Assembly: GCA_937625935.1 (NCBI GenBank)
Contig: OW569357.1
Span: forward strand, 434,001 to 498,000
Source: Tetramitus jugosus
Lineage: Eukaryota; Protista; Heterolobosea
Length of the DNA stretch: 64,000 nt
Direction: 5' to 3'
Shown: positions 42,631 to 54,067 of the stretch, piece by piece
Position numbering within the stretch: position 1 is the first letter of the stretch
Layout: each line of letters starts with the position of its first letter
Translations under genes and position numbers: made by a program
The notes under the pieces: model-generated
Databases searched by the model: none
Seen by the model: only the letters and a program-made list of their open reading frames with translations
What the model was told of the DNA's origin: nothing

Positions 42631-43389
42631 ATGAAGCTCTACCCTCAACCCAGTGCCCCTCTGCTGGACCTCAACTTTGGCAACAATGAAAACTACAACA
42701 TTCCTCAACAATCTCCCCTCTCTGAATACGAATATCAAAAACAAGAACAGCAACCACTTGTGACCAATGAAAATCTGCCATCAGAGTTCCAGAACATTGA
42801 TACAAGCAAGTTTCATCTTCACAAACTCGATCGATTTCATGACTCTCTCACATCACTTGCCATTCTCTATCATGTTCAAGAAGAAGACATTAAACGATTG
42901 AATCGATTTACTGATTTGGACCTGTATATGAAACCATATCTCATTATTCCAAGAATGAGTGTCAATGCACTGTTGACCGAGTACAAGCAAGAAACATTGA
43001 GTGTTGCGCAACAATTATCGCGCGAACAAGACAAGCAACGGCGGTTGACTACGGTTTTTTCCCGCGTTCACAAAACGGCGACCCTCGAAGAAGCGCGGTA
43101 TTATTTGAGCTACAATGATTGGGATTTGGAGCGCGCCAAAAATCATTTGATGGAAGACAGAGAATGGGAGAATCAACAACAAACGAAACAAGAGTCACAT
43201 CAGTTATGGTTGAATGAGCCCAATAGTGGTAGTAGTAGTGACAGTGGATATTATCCTAGGAGCAGCACGAGCAGTGGAGTTCCATTGTTGAGTGGCAGTG
43301 GAAATCTTGTAAAGAGAGGTGTGAGAAGAATGGATGAGCATGAGAATGCGACAGTGACGATGCGAGAAGGTCATCATCATGTTCTTTGA
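42631..43389 (+). CDS. LysM + UBA-like domain protein
   Basis: LysM HKLDRFHDSLTSLAILYHVQEEDIKRLN...YLIIP; UBA-like TLEEARYYLSYNDWDLERAK. Confidence 0.78.
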   Translation: MKLYPQPSAPLLDLNFGNNENYNIPQQSPLSEYEYQKQEQQPLVTNENLPSEFQNIDTSKFHLHKLDRFHDSLTSLAILYHVQEEDIKRLNRFTDLDLYMKPYLIIPRMSVNALLTEYKQETLSVAQQLSREQDKQRRLTTVFSRVHKTATLEEARYYLSYNDWDLERAKNHLMEDREWENQQQTKQESHQLWLNEPNSGSSSDSGYYPRSSTSSGVPLLSGSGNLVKRGVRRMDEHENATVTMREGHHHVL

Positions 43390-43560
43390 TTTTCATGATT
43401 TTGATGATTGTATTATAATAGCGCTGAAATAAAGATTTGTACAGTAACTCGGATTTTATGGCAAAATAAATTATTTATTTTTCATTGTATTCATGTTTGG
43501 ATGTAGCTTTTGCTTTGTTCTTGGCAATCGTACAACCAGATCAGATGAGTAACCATAAAC

Positions 43561-44644
43561 TTAGAGGGATTGATAGGTCTCGCCCTTGTTCGTAATCTTT
43601 CTAAACAAATCAACAATGAGCATGACACCGTCCTTCAGCAAGAATGGAATGTCGATCCAGAAGCGAACATTAGGAATCATCTCGATTCCTTCCTTTTGTA
43701 ACTTGAACTTGCAAATGACAAATCCAATGACAAAGTACAGAATGAGAGCGACAGCAGACAAAGTGAGAATGAGACCTCCCCAACCATAGACACAACCTAA
43801 AGCTCCACACTTTCTTCCAGTTGGACCACCTGGAGATGGAGGATTTGGTGTATTATCACACAAATTAGGGCAAGCACACTTGGATGTGTATTCAAACACA
43901 AAAACACTTGTCGCAGCGCTAGGCATTTGATTTTCCTGAACAAATCGGAAACCTTGAGCTGTAGATGCAGTCGGATCGCAGAGAACATGAATCTCTGCCT
44001 TGTTTGTGTATCCTTCGACTTTGGTGTTATCATAGGTAATCTTGAGACCTCCCTTGGGATCAGTTGGATTGAGCATACTAGTTCTGACAGAGCCTTGAGT
44101 CACTGTATCGGAGAGAGTGATGCAGTCAGATCCACTGGCTTGTCTCTTGATGGCCATGGATTGTTTTCCAGGACAGTTTTGTGTTCCCTTGAGATTGTTG
44201 CAAATTTGTACAATATAACGATCATTGTCTGATTTTGCTTCGAATGGACCACCACTGCATCATGTGCCACATGGAAGCAACACAACAGAATGAGAATTTG
44301 AACAAACGAGAATTTTGTGGGAAGGTGTAAGCGAGCGCTCATTTTTTTTCTGTAAAAGCTTTCACATTTTTCACACGCAAGGAACAAGAAGGGGCAGCAA
44401 TCCATAGCCATGACATAAATAAAGCTTCGCCTCCCTTGGGCTGAGCTCATCCTTGCAGCTTCTGGCATGTGTCGTGAAAAAGAAGATGAAGAAAATGAAA
44501 AACATACGTTGAAGGTAAGGCCTTGGACAGTAAATACTTGTTGGAACCAGCTATGAAATCGCATGGACTGCTACATTGAATAAGAATTACATTGCACAAA
44601 ACTAACAGTACAACCGCAATAAAAATGCTGCTTCTCGTCATCAT
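43561..44644 (-). CDS. ATG27 / cation-dependent mannose-6-phosphate-receptor-like type I membrane protein; exons 44644-44508, 44254-43561
   Basis: Signal peptide; splicing gives the MRH-like YIVQICNNL...C; LKITY, HVLCD, FEYTSKCAC; TM helix then YFVIG...GIEMIPNVRFW.DIPFLLKDG; YQSL sorting motif at the C-terminus. Confidence 0.88.
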
Positions 44645-45238
44645 TTTTCCCTAAAAACAAAATTTGTGTGTTGACTGATTTTGAACTCGATGTGTGAGAC
44701 CTCCAATGTGGAGATTTTTAGCGCGATTCGGTTTCTGCGCCCTTCCATCGAGTTCGTAGAAACTTGAGAAATACGTGTTGGGCCCTTTCCAGTGGATAGG
44801 TTGAAGGAAGTCCAGCAGCAGTACTTAACACAGTGGTGATTGTATTCTATGATAATAAGCAACAACAAGAAATAGATTCTGCCAAATGGAAAATCTCCGG
44901 TAATTGAGTGAAGAAGAATACAGTATTGAAGTCTCAAAGAGCTCCTTGGAAATTCAAACAACATTGCGCAGAGCTCCGGAAATTATACCTGTTACAAAGA
45001 TTGGTCAATCAAACTGTTCGCTGTTACAATGAAATAACCAAAACTTCCCATCTCAGGGGAATATTTGCAGAAGAGTTCATTCCTTTTGTTGAAGCGCGCA
45101 TGTTTTGTCCGCAATGTTTCACACCGCGCCAAAGGATCTCTTCAAAGAGTTCTGAAAACACCAGAAAAACATTGAACAAGACATAAAACATCATCAATCA
45201 CACATCTACTACCAACCATTTGAAAGATTGATAAAAAT

Positions 45239-48200
45239 ATGAGTCAGTCTACAGACGCACCCAGCAGTCGTTCCAATGTTGTTGATAAGTATATGGAGAA
45301 TGAGCAAGACGATGAGACGCTTCAGAAAGAGTGTCCAGAAGTGAATGCCAACTTTATCAGCAGATTGTTATTGTATGTTGATTGATTGTATACTCTTTTT
45401 TTTACTGTGCACACATCACGATAGCATGTAGTCGAACGAAAGCTAAACAACTTGTTCTCTCGTTCTCTTGTGGACATGTTTAATGTGTGAAAATAAATTT
45501 TTTTTTTGCTTTTGGATATAATAGTTGGTGGTTCAATCCATTGATTGCTACAGGTTACAAGAAACCACTGGAGATGTCAGACATGTATCAATTGAGACCA
45601 ACTGATGAGGCACATCACTTATCGAGTGAATTGTGGAAGAATTGGTACTCTCAATCGAATCCTTCACTGCTCAAAACTCTTCACTTGACATTTGGCACAA
45701 GGTTCTATCTGGCTGGTCTCATCAAACTGATCTATGATATCATTCAGTTGACTTCACCCTATTTTATCAAGTTGATTGTCGATTATGTGTCAAATACCAA
45801 TGCACCAATGTGGCAGGGATACCTCTATGTGATTCTACTGTTTCTATTGAATGTAGTGGGTACCTTGATGATCAATCAATACTTTCACCAGGTATGTTGT
45901 GCATGTGTGAGTGTCTATTGAACAAGCCAGTTGTATTGATTCATTTTTTTTGTTTGTGCGTTACATGCTGTTTAGGTCATGTCTCTTGGTATGAATGTGA
46001 GAACAGCATTAAGAGCAGCCATCTATAAGAAGTCATTGTCATTGTCGAGTGAAGCAAGACAAGCAATGAACACTGGTGATATTATTAATTATATGAGTGT
46101 GGATACTCAAAAACTGTGTGATTTGTTGTCGTATTTGCACATTATTTGGTCTGCAGTTTTCCAAATTGTTGTCTGTCTCGCATTTTTATTCTATTTTATT
46201 GGAGTGTCGGCGGTGGCTGGACTAGTGATTATGATTATCATTATTCCTTCACAGACACTTGTTGCTCGATTTACTCACAAGATTAGAGCAAAAATGCTAA
46301 AGTATTCTGGAGGTGAGTTGATTTTGACTTTGTGCTTAGCTTGGCTATTGATCATTGTACTAATGCTGTCTTTTTTGTTTGTTGTTGCCGAATGATTAGA
46401 TCGTGTCAAGACAATCAATGAGATATTGATGGGTATTCGTGTCATCAAGTTTTACGCATGGGAGAATTCATTTTTGCAAAAGACACTGGGCTTTAGAAAT
46501 TTGGAACTGAAACAGATTAGAAACGCCATGGTCCTCGGTACTGTTAGTGCTACTTTTCTAGGTTTGTCTCCACTCTTTGTTTCTCTGAGTACATTCACCC
46601 TTTATGTCTTGCTTGGAAACACATTGAAGGCATCAATCATTTTCCCAGCATTGGGTTATTTCAACATGCTTCGTTTTCCATTGTTCCTCCTGCCAAACAT
46701 TGTCACAAGCTTGGCAGAGTCAAGAGTGTCAATCAGGAGATTGAATGCATTCTTGCACGCCGAGGAAATTACTCCAGTGAATGTCGAAGATGATGCAACA
46801 ACGTCCATTAAGATCACAAATGGAGATTTCGCATGGAAAACAACTACTGCAACGAGTGGACCAGAGCACGAAAAGACAAACTCCAAGAAGAAGAAGAAGG
46901 GTCAGGGATCCTATTCCAAATTGGATGAAAAGGAGGCTGAATCTCCAACTGATGACGACAATGTTAAGTTAACAGATGAGGACAAGGAAGAAGAGGAGAA
47001 AGCAAGCACTATCGGCACATTGAAAAATATTAATCTCACTGTTCCAAAGGGCTCTCTGACAGCGATTGTTGGTCTAGTAGGATCAGGAAAGGTATGCTCA
47101 TTTTTATTGCTTTGCTTTGTTCATCAATCAAACAAATATTAATGCATTTTCTTCGACCAAAGTCTTCTTTGTTGAGTGCGATTATTGGTGAGATGAAGCA
47201 GGTGAATGGGACCACAACTATTTCATCCAATATTGCCTATTGCCCACAGCAAGCTTGGATTCAAAACTGCACTGTCAGAGAAAACATCACTTTTGGTTTG
47301 CCATTTGATGAACAGCGATATAGAGATGCGATCCAGTATTGTGCACTTGAGCGAGACTTGGAAATCTTACCAGCCGGTGATGCTACAGAAATTGGTGAAA
47401 AGGGTATCAATCTATCTGGTGGTCAAAGACAACGTATTAATTTAGCTCGTGCCGTCTACTCGAATGCTGACACCTTCCTTCTCGATGATATTTTGTCCGC
47501 TGTTGATGCTCATGTTGGTCGATATATTTTTGATGAGTGTATTATGAAACTTTTGAGAGACAAGACCAGAGTTTTGGTGACTCATCAGTGGCAATATTTG
47601 AAGTATTGCGATCATGTTGTTGTGATGAAAGATGGCACCGTCGTTGAGAGTGGAACTCACGAAGAGTTGATGCAAAACGGATCTTTTTCCGAAACATTGA
47701 AAACATTTACGAACGAAAGCGATGCCCACGAGGATGAAGAGCCAGAATCGAACACAGAGAATGCAGAAGATACCGAAGTGGAGAAAGTTGAGGAGAAGAA
47801 GAAAGAGTCAACTGTCGGTAAGCTCATGGAGAAAGAAGAGAGAGAAACTGGAAGTGTCAAATTTGACGTTTACAAGAAGTATGCCAAGTACGCAGGTGGT
47901 TACCACTACACTGTCATTATCCTATCTCTATTCGTTTTATCTCAAGCTACATTGATTGGAAATAGCTACTGGTTGGCTTATTGGAGTGACCAAACATCTG
48001 ACAAGGTAGGCAAAACTCCTCGTCCTATTCGATTCTATCTGGGTATTTACTTTGCCTTTGGTGCTGCAGCTGTGATATTGCAACTGGTAAGAGAATTGAT
48101 GTTTGCACTTGTTGGATTAGTTTCGTCGAAGAATTTGCACGCCAAAGCACTCAACAACATTTTGCGTGCTCCTACAAGATTCTTTGATACGACTCCTGTT

Positions 48201-49765
48201 GGTCGAATCATCAGTCGTTTCTCCAAAGATACGGAAAGTATTGATAGTTCAATCATTTTGAGTTTGAGATCATTCCTCAGTACTGCCTTCGGAGTGTTTG
48301 GAGTGTTCCTTATTATTGCATATGTCACACCACTTTTCCTAGTGCCTGTTGTGCCTATTATGGTTGGCTATTACTTCATTCAGCATTACTATCGTAGCAC
48401 TAGTAGAGAACTGAAAAGGCTTGACTCTATCTCAAGATCGCCACTATTTGCTCATTTTAGTGAGTCGCTAACCGGTATCAGCACCATCCGTGCCTACAGT
48501 GACCAAGAAAGATTTATGAAAGAAAACGAGAAGAAGCTCGACACGAACAACAAGGCCTTTTTCTGTCAACTATGCTCACAGAGATGGTTGTCTGTTCGTT
48601 TGGAGATGATTGGTACGGTTATTTTGGCTGCTAGTGCACTATTTTGTGTGATTGGAAAAATTTTGCCTGGTTTCGCTCGAGTCGATGGTGGAATGGCTGG
48701 TCTCGCATTGAGCTACGCTCTTCAAATTACTGGTTCATTGAATTGGACAGTGAGAGCATTCTCTGAGACTGAAGCAGCAATGAACTCTGTTGAAAGAGTG
48801 TTGCATTACTGTGAGGAAATTGACCAAGAGGCTGCCTATGAAATTCCAGAGACACAACCAAGCGAGGAATGGCCTCAAACAGGTAACATTTCATTCAAGA
48901 ATGTGTACATGAAGTACCGTCCTGATTTGGACTATGTTCTCAAAGGTTTGGATGCATCAGTCTACGGTGCTGAAAAGATTGGTATCGTTGGAAGAACGGG
49001 TGCCGGAAAGGTATGAATTGCAACTTTTTTTGATAACTGTTTCCGTTCACACAAACACTTACTGACTCTCTCTACACACAATAGTCAACGCTGCTGACCG
49101 TGTTGTTCCGCTTGACCGAGTTGGACAAGGGCTCCATTACTATTGATAATGTTGATATTTCGAACATTGGTCTCCACGATTTGAGATCCAGGTTGTCGAT
49201 CATTCCTCAAGATCCTGTGTTGTTCAGCGGTACAGTTCGATTCAATCTCGATCCATTTGATAACCACACGGACAGAGAGGTGTGGCAGGCACTTGAGAGA
49301 GCTCACATCAAATCACTGGTCGAGAATCTCCCATTGCAATTGTCAGACACTGTGGCCGAGTATGGTGAGAACTTTTCTGTTGGTCAGAGACAGCTCTTCT
49401 GTCTCGCCAGAGCCATCCTGAGACAAACAAAGATTCTCGTGTTGGACGAAGCAACAGCCAGTGTCGATTTGGAAACTGATGCTCTCATTCAACACACTGT
49501 GAGAACAGAGTTTGCAGACCGAACTGTGTTGACCATTGCTCACAGATTGAACACCATTATTGACTCTGATAGAATCATGGTTCTCGATCAGGGAGAACTC
49601 GTCGAGTTTGACACACCAAGAAATCTGCTGTCTGACAAGGACAGTCGCTTCACAGGTCTGTGCCGCCAGACTGGCAAGCAAAACTTCAAGTTTTTGAAAC
49701 AAACTGCATTTGGAGAAATTTCGTTGGCTGAGGAATTGCAAAAACAATCAAGCTCTAGACTCTAG
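45239..49765 (+). CDS. ABCC/MRP-family ABC transporter; exons 45239-45372, 45525-45891, 45976-46312, 46400-47091, 47163-49010, 49085-49765
   Basis: ANFISRLLFWWFNPL, GLVGSGK|SS, GEKGINLSGGQ, FFDTTPVGRI, GRTGAGK|ST, ENFSVGQRQL, LDEATAS; five phase-consistent GT..AG introns. Confidence 0.95.
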
Positions 49766-49970
49766 AAATGCCCTTTTGCAAGATCAATTGACAACAACAC
49801 ACAATACATTCATTTTTGACATTTCAATTTGTTGTCCCGGGAATTCTCGTAAAGCACGAACATGGTCGGAATAAGCTCACGGAACAAAATCTGAACTCTC
49901 GGAGAAAAACTCGATCGAAAAACAACCAAAATCAAAAACAAACAACACAACAACAGAGAGAATATCACCA

Positions 49971-50705
49971 ATGCCATCATCATCCACATCAACGACCGTG
50001 AAAACACCACCACTCTTCTCTCATCACGTCTGGGGAAATAGAGGGCCTGCACGAATGGCACTCACAGGCTTTGGTCTCGGCACTCTTTTTGGATTGAGTC
50101 TCTTTGTGTTGCTCTGGGCAAGAAACTCTTGGAGCAATTATGCCTTTTATTTTGCTGCACTCTCCTTGTTTCACCTGTGGGAATTTTGCTATGTGGCCAT
50201 GTTTCATCCGAATGAGCTCGGGTTCAATTCCTTCCTCCTGAACCACTCCAAAGCGTACACGACTGCTTTTTTGATGGCGAACGCCGAGTATTTGATTGAA
50301 CGACTTTTTTTGTTGCCGACCGCGTGGAAAGCAAACCCTGTGTTTACGGTTCTGGGCGGAGTTATGGTCGCCGGAGGATTGGCGATTCGAATTTTGGCAA
50401 TGTATACAGCAGGGAGTCATTTTCATCATTTGGTGCGTGAGGAACGTGAGGAGAATCACAAGTTGGTCACATTTGGTATTTATCAATACTTTAGACATCC
50501 TTCGTACTTTGGATGGTTCTGGTACTCTGTTGGCACGCAAGTCTTGCTGTGTAATCCTGTGTGCGTTGTTGCCTATGCCTACGTTTCATTCCTGTTCTTC
50601 AAGGATCGAATTGCAGATGAAGAAGAGAATTTGATCAAGTTCTTTGGTAATGACTATGTCCAATACAGGAATAGAACTATGGTGGGCATTCCATTCATTC
50701 ATTGA
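49971..50705 (+). CDS. ICMT: Isoprenylcysteine carboxyl methyltransferase (STE14)
   Basis: SFLLNHS, AMYTAGSHFHH, HKLVTFGIYQYFRHPSYFGWF, RIADEE..LIKFFG.DY..Y, GIPFI. Confidence 0.96.
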   Translation: MPSSSTSTTVKTPPLFSHHVWGNRGPARMALTGFGLGTLFGLSLFVLLWARNSWSNYAFYFAALSLFHLWEFCYVAMFHPNELGFNSFLLNHSKAYTTAFLMANAEYLIERLFLLPTAWKANPVFTVLGGVMVAGGLAIRILAMYTAGSHFHHLVREEREENHKLVTFGIYQYFRHPSYFGWFWYSVGTQVLLCNPVCVVAYAYVSFLFFKDRIADEEENLIKFFGNDYVQYRNRTMVGIPFIH

Positions 50706-50792
50706 GTGAAAAGTTCTGTGCAGTCATAAAACTATTATTATTGTATATTCATGCAAGTTTAAAACCACGTAATTATTTATTATTTCAGAAAA

Positions 50793-51179
50793 TTACAATT
50801 GTTTTTGTTTGCGGAACTGTGAAGCGAGATCGGACAAGGTGACCGATGCCTTGTAACCTCTGATTGGTGTCATATCTGCATAATGGTACGTCTTTTGGCC
50901 AATCACCTCTCTTGCTCTCTCCAAACTTGGTTCTTCATCACCAACAAATTGAATGACTTGATCTTCAGCAGAGTAGCTGTATGAGCCCGTAGCAAATGAC
51001 AAGTAACGATCTGTTGTCGCAAATGGAATGGCTTCTGTTTCAATTCTCACATAAACAAATTGAGCATTGGCACAAAAGTAGTACGTGTGATGATCGGTAC
51101 CGTTTTGCAAGTGTGCATGAGCAGTGGTCTTTGTCCATTTGGTTCCAGGTAAATCTTCGATCGATACTTGAGATGACAT
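50793..51179 (-). CDS. Small hypothetical protein (about 128 aa, beta-rich)
   Basis: ATG at 51179 after an A-rich leader; open frame MSSQVSIEDLPGTKW...; no family recognised. Confidence 0.55.
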   Translation of the reverse strand: MSSQVSIEDLPGTKWTKTTAHAHLQNGTDHHTYYFCANAQFVYVRIETEAIPFATTDRYLSFATGSYSYSAEDQVIQFVGDEEPSLERAREVIGQKTYHYADMTPIRGYKASVTLSDLASQFRKQKQL

Positions 51180-51289
51180 TCGTGCACAGGTTTCTTCTTT
51201 ATTTACTTTTTGTTTTGTTTGATCAACAAGTTTCCAGTGGGAAGATGAACATTTTTTTTCGCAACACGTCAGCCTCTGGATGTTGGGTT

Positions 51290-53740
51290 TTATTGTCGTT
51301 TGTGGGCCAGCTGTTGACGCTTGGAACTGCCACAAGATGTTGAGAAATCTGGATGAGTTTGTAGCTCTGAACATGACCGATCAGCTGACAATGAATCGTA
51401 CAAGAGTGACTTGGCATCAGTCCTCACATCGCTCAGTGTTGTTCGAACGGGAAAGGATGCAAAGTCTCTGAGCGTCATGTGCAAATCCTTTAGAGACAGT
51501 AGCTTGTTCAAATTGGATCCCAGTGTATCAGTGACCATGTGCTTTGGTGCAATGAGTGTCATGAATGGATTCTCGTGTTCCCACCTTGCTTGCTTTTCGT
51601 TGGCATAGATTGGACCATAATGTATTCCGTGATCAGCCAAGAGCACGAGCACAGTGTTCTTGATCATGCCAGATTCAACGTACCACTGCAAGTGTTTCTT
51701 GACATTGGGATCCAATGTCAGTGGCTGCCTCGAAACTGCGTCATGCACCTCATGACTCGCACTTAGGATAAAGTTTGGCAAGTCGTGGTACTTTGTTACG
51801 TGATCTCTCGTCCAATCCAACACTACATCACTCATGAATTGTTGTCCGACACAGGGGCACACACGAGCATTGTAATTGAAAAAGTAGGCTTGATCGTGGT
51901 TGACACGATGAGAGATTAGATGATACGCAGGATATGTATCAAACGTTCTCCTGTGATTCTTCAGACCATAAATATTGCCGATACCAGAGTCACCAGCATC
52001 TTCTCCCACACTTGTCACATAACCCAATTGATTCAACGTTTCCCAGATGAAGGGCCGATCATTGGGATGATTGGCATGCCAGTTCATTAGATGAGAATCC
52101 GATGTTTCATTATCCTTGACTGAGCGACCCGTAATGAACGCATACATGTTTGGTATGGAGTTGCATCCGAGCACCATATTGTTTGAAAAGTCCAAGACTT
52201 CAAAGTCTGCATTCATTTGCTTCATTTGAGTCAAGTACTCTGAAGTGTGAGGAAAATGCCTGTAGAAGAAATCTCTACTCGCACCGTCAATCAATACAAC
52301 ATGAATATTGGGAGGTTGCGAAATTTCCGCTTCAGTGGCCTGACCTGGAACTGACTTGCGAACGTTCGATTTCCATTGTTTCAAGAGACGTTGCTTCTCC
52401 TGGACCATTGATTCATTTCGCACCACTTGCGTAAAGTAGTTATGAATGGAAAGCTCTCTCTTTGTATCAACACAAGCTGTATGAATCACTGTGAATTGGC
52501 TCGTGTCCACTGCCAATTGACTACTCAATGTTCGGACCAGCAGAGCAAAGTTGTCCGTGATGAAAGTTGACAGTTCAGTCAAATAACGACCAACCGACTC
52601 ATCCTTATCATCACTATCATCACTCAACTCCACTCGTTGCTTCAAAAACTCGGATAACACCTTGGCAATCAACGGCTGACTCGGAAACAATTTCCAACTC
52701 CGTCGTACTAAGTCGGGACTATGAAAAATCATATCGCCCGACGGGTCAAAATACACCGGAATCGAATGTTCTGGAGGAACAGCTCCCAAGTGCGAAGTTT
52801 GTCCGGTGCATGCCATGTCCTTGATCATTTGGTCTTTTTTGCTCCAGGTTGTGTGTTGGTCAAAACACTGTCCCTCAAAACGATGTAGCTTGGTCTTGGT
52901 CATGAATGGTGTGTGAACTGGCATTGAACACGAAGGATGATCAACAATATTGATATAGGTCATTGCTCTACTGAGAATTCGATTGTACTGCTCTTGAAAC
53001 ACTGGAGACACTCTTTGGTGAAACCACACTGAGAACAAGCTCTCGTCACTATTAGTAGAGCTATTGATATTGAAAACATTCTGATTGTTGAATGAAGGTA
53101 GAAACAAGTGAGTGAAAGCTTGAGTCACCAACAACCATAACAACCTGTCATCTTGCTGCTTATTTTTTTCAACTGAACTTTCATTGCTATGAGGATGAAA
53201 AATCTGGCTTGATTTTTCAACTCCAATCGTTGATAATGTTGGATCGTTCATGTTATAGCTCCATATCGGAGTTGTTGAAGTCGCAGGAGGAAATAGGAGA
53301 AGGATCGTATCGGCAGCATGTAATGCGAACAACACGATGATAAATAGTAGGAAAAGGAGAGAAATGGAGGACCAAATGCGAATCGATGAATCAGTCGTAG
53401 TTGTTGTTGTTGTTGTTGTTGAAGAGTGCTTATTGTCGTTTTTGCTATGATGGCGAAGAGTATTTTTCGAGTGATCGTCATCGTCACTGGGTCCGATAGT
53501 AAGAATGGTGGACTTGCCTTGACTTGTACTTGTGGATGCTCCGGCAATGTGAATCACTGTTGTTGTTGTTGTACTTGTAGGTGATGATGTTGACAATGTT
53601 TGACGTAGTTTGGCAGAAGAGGTGGAGGGGTGTTGTTCGTGTTGGGGTGAAGTCGAAGTTGAAGGGAAGCATTGTGGTGTGATGTTGTGGTTGGCGCAAG
53701 GTGGTACCACATGATGGTTGTGATGAAGTCTATGATACAT
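51290..53740 (-). CDS. DUF229-like alkaline phosphatase/sulfatase-superfamily type II membrane protein
   Basis: Single N-terminal TM; PNIHVVLIDGASRDFFYRHFPHT, GCNSIPN, GYVTSVGED, HEVHD, LLADHG, EHENPF. Confidence 0.82.
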   Translation of the reverse strand: MYHRLHHNHHVVPPCANHNITPQCFPSTSTSPQHEQHPSTSSAKLRQTLSTSSPTSTTTTTVIHIAGASTSTSQGKSTILTIGPSDDDDHSKNTLRHHSKNDNKHSSTTTTTTTTTDSSIRIWSSISLLFLLFIIVLFALHAADTILLLFPPATSTTPIWSYNMNDPTLSTIGVEKSSQIFHPHSNESSVEKNKQQDDRLLWLLVTQAFTHLFLPSFNNQNVFNINSSTNSDESLFSVWFHQRVSPVFQEQYNRILSRAMTYINIVDHPSCSMPVHTPFMTKTKLHRFEGQCFDQHTTWSKKDQMIKDMACTGQTSHLGAVPPEHSIPVYFDPSGDMIFHSPDLVRRSWKLFPSQPLIAKVLSEFLKQRVELSDDSDDKDESVGRYLTELSTFITDNFALLVRTLSSQLAVDTSQFTVIHTACVDTKRELSIHNYFTQVVRNESMVQEKQRLLKQWKSNVRKSVPGQATEAEISQPPNIHVVLIDGASRDFFYRHFPHTSEYLTQMKQMNADFEVLDFSNNMVLGCNSIPNMYAFITGRSVKDNETSDSHLMNWHANHPNDRPFIWETLNQLGYVTSVGEDAGDSGIGNIYGLKNHRRTFDTYPAYHLISHRVNHDQAYFFNYNARVCPCVGQQFMSDVVLDWTRDHVTKYHDLPNFILSASHEVHDAVSRQPLTLDPNVKKHLQWYVESGMIKNTVLVLLADHGIHYGPIYANEKQARWEHENPFMTLIAPKHMVTDTLGSNLNKLLSLKDLHMTLRDFASFPVRTTLSDVRTDAKSLLYDSLSADRSCSELQTHPDFSTSCGSSKRQQLAHKRQ

Positions 53741-54067
53741 TTGGTGGTCTAGTGGTTGGGTGGCAGAGAGATAATTGTTGACAAAAAACGCCTCCCGTCA
53801 GGTCATAGGAGAATATTCCCTGAAGTTCAAATCGCCATGACAGAATTTTTTTACGGCGGATTATCTTGGCGGGAAGTTGAACTTCGCTGCCTGAAGCGAC
53901 CAGAGCTATTGTATTTGTAAGTAGCAGCATCCGTACAAGGTTTAGCAATCATCCTTTTGGATAGTAAGCACAACCTGAGCTCCCGAAGATCCGTCTAGTT
54001 GCAATCGTTCAATTCAAATACAACGGAGCTCCATCTGTTCATACAACATCACAATTTATTTTACAGG

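Noticed and set aside
44255-44507. TPP riboswitch or hammerhead ribozyme in the structured intron
   Set aside because: Lacks the CTGAGA / CCTGA..TAAT..GCG.AGG TPP core and the CTGATGA..GAAA hammerhead core on either strand.
49971-50705. Functional clustering of ICMT with the CaaX F-box gene and RasGEF
   Set aside because: They are 40-50 kb apart among unrelated genes; no evidence for a cluster.
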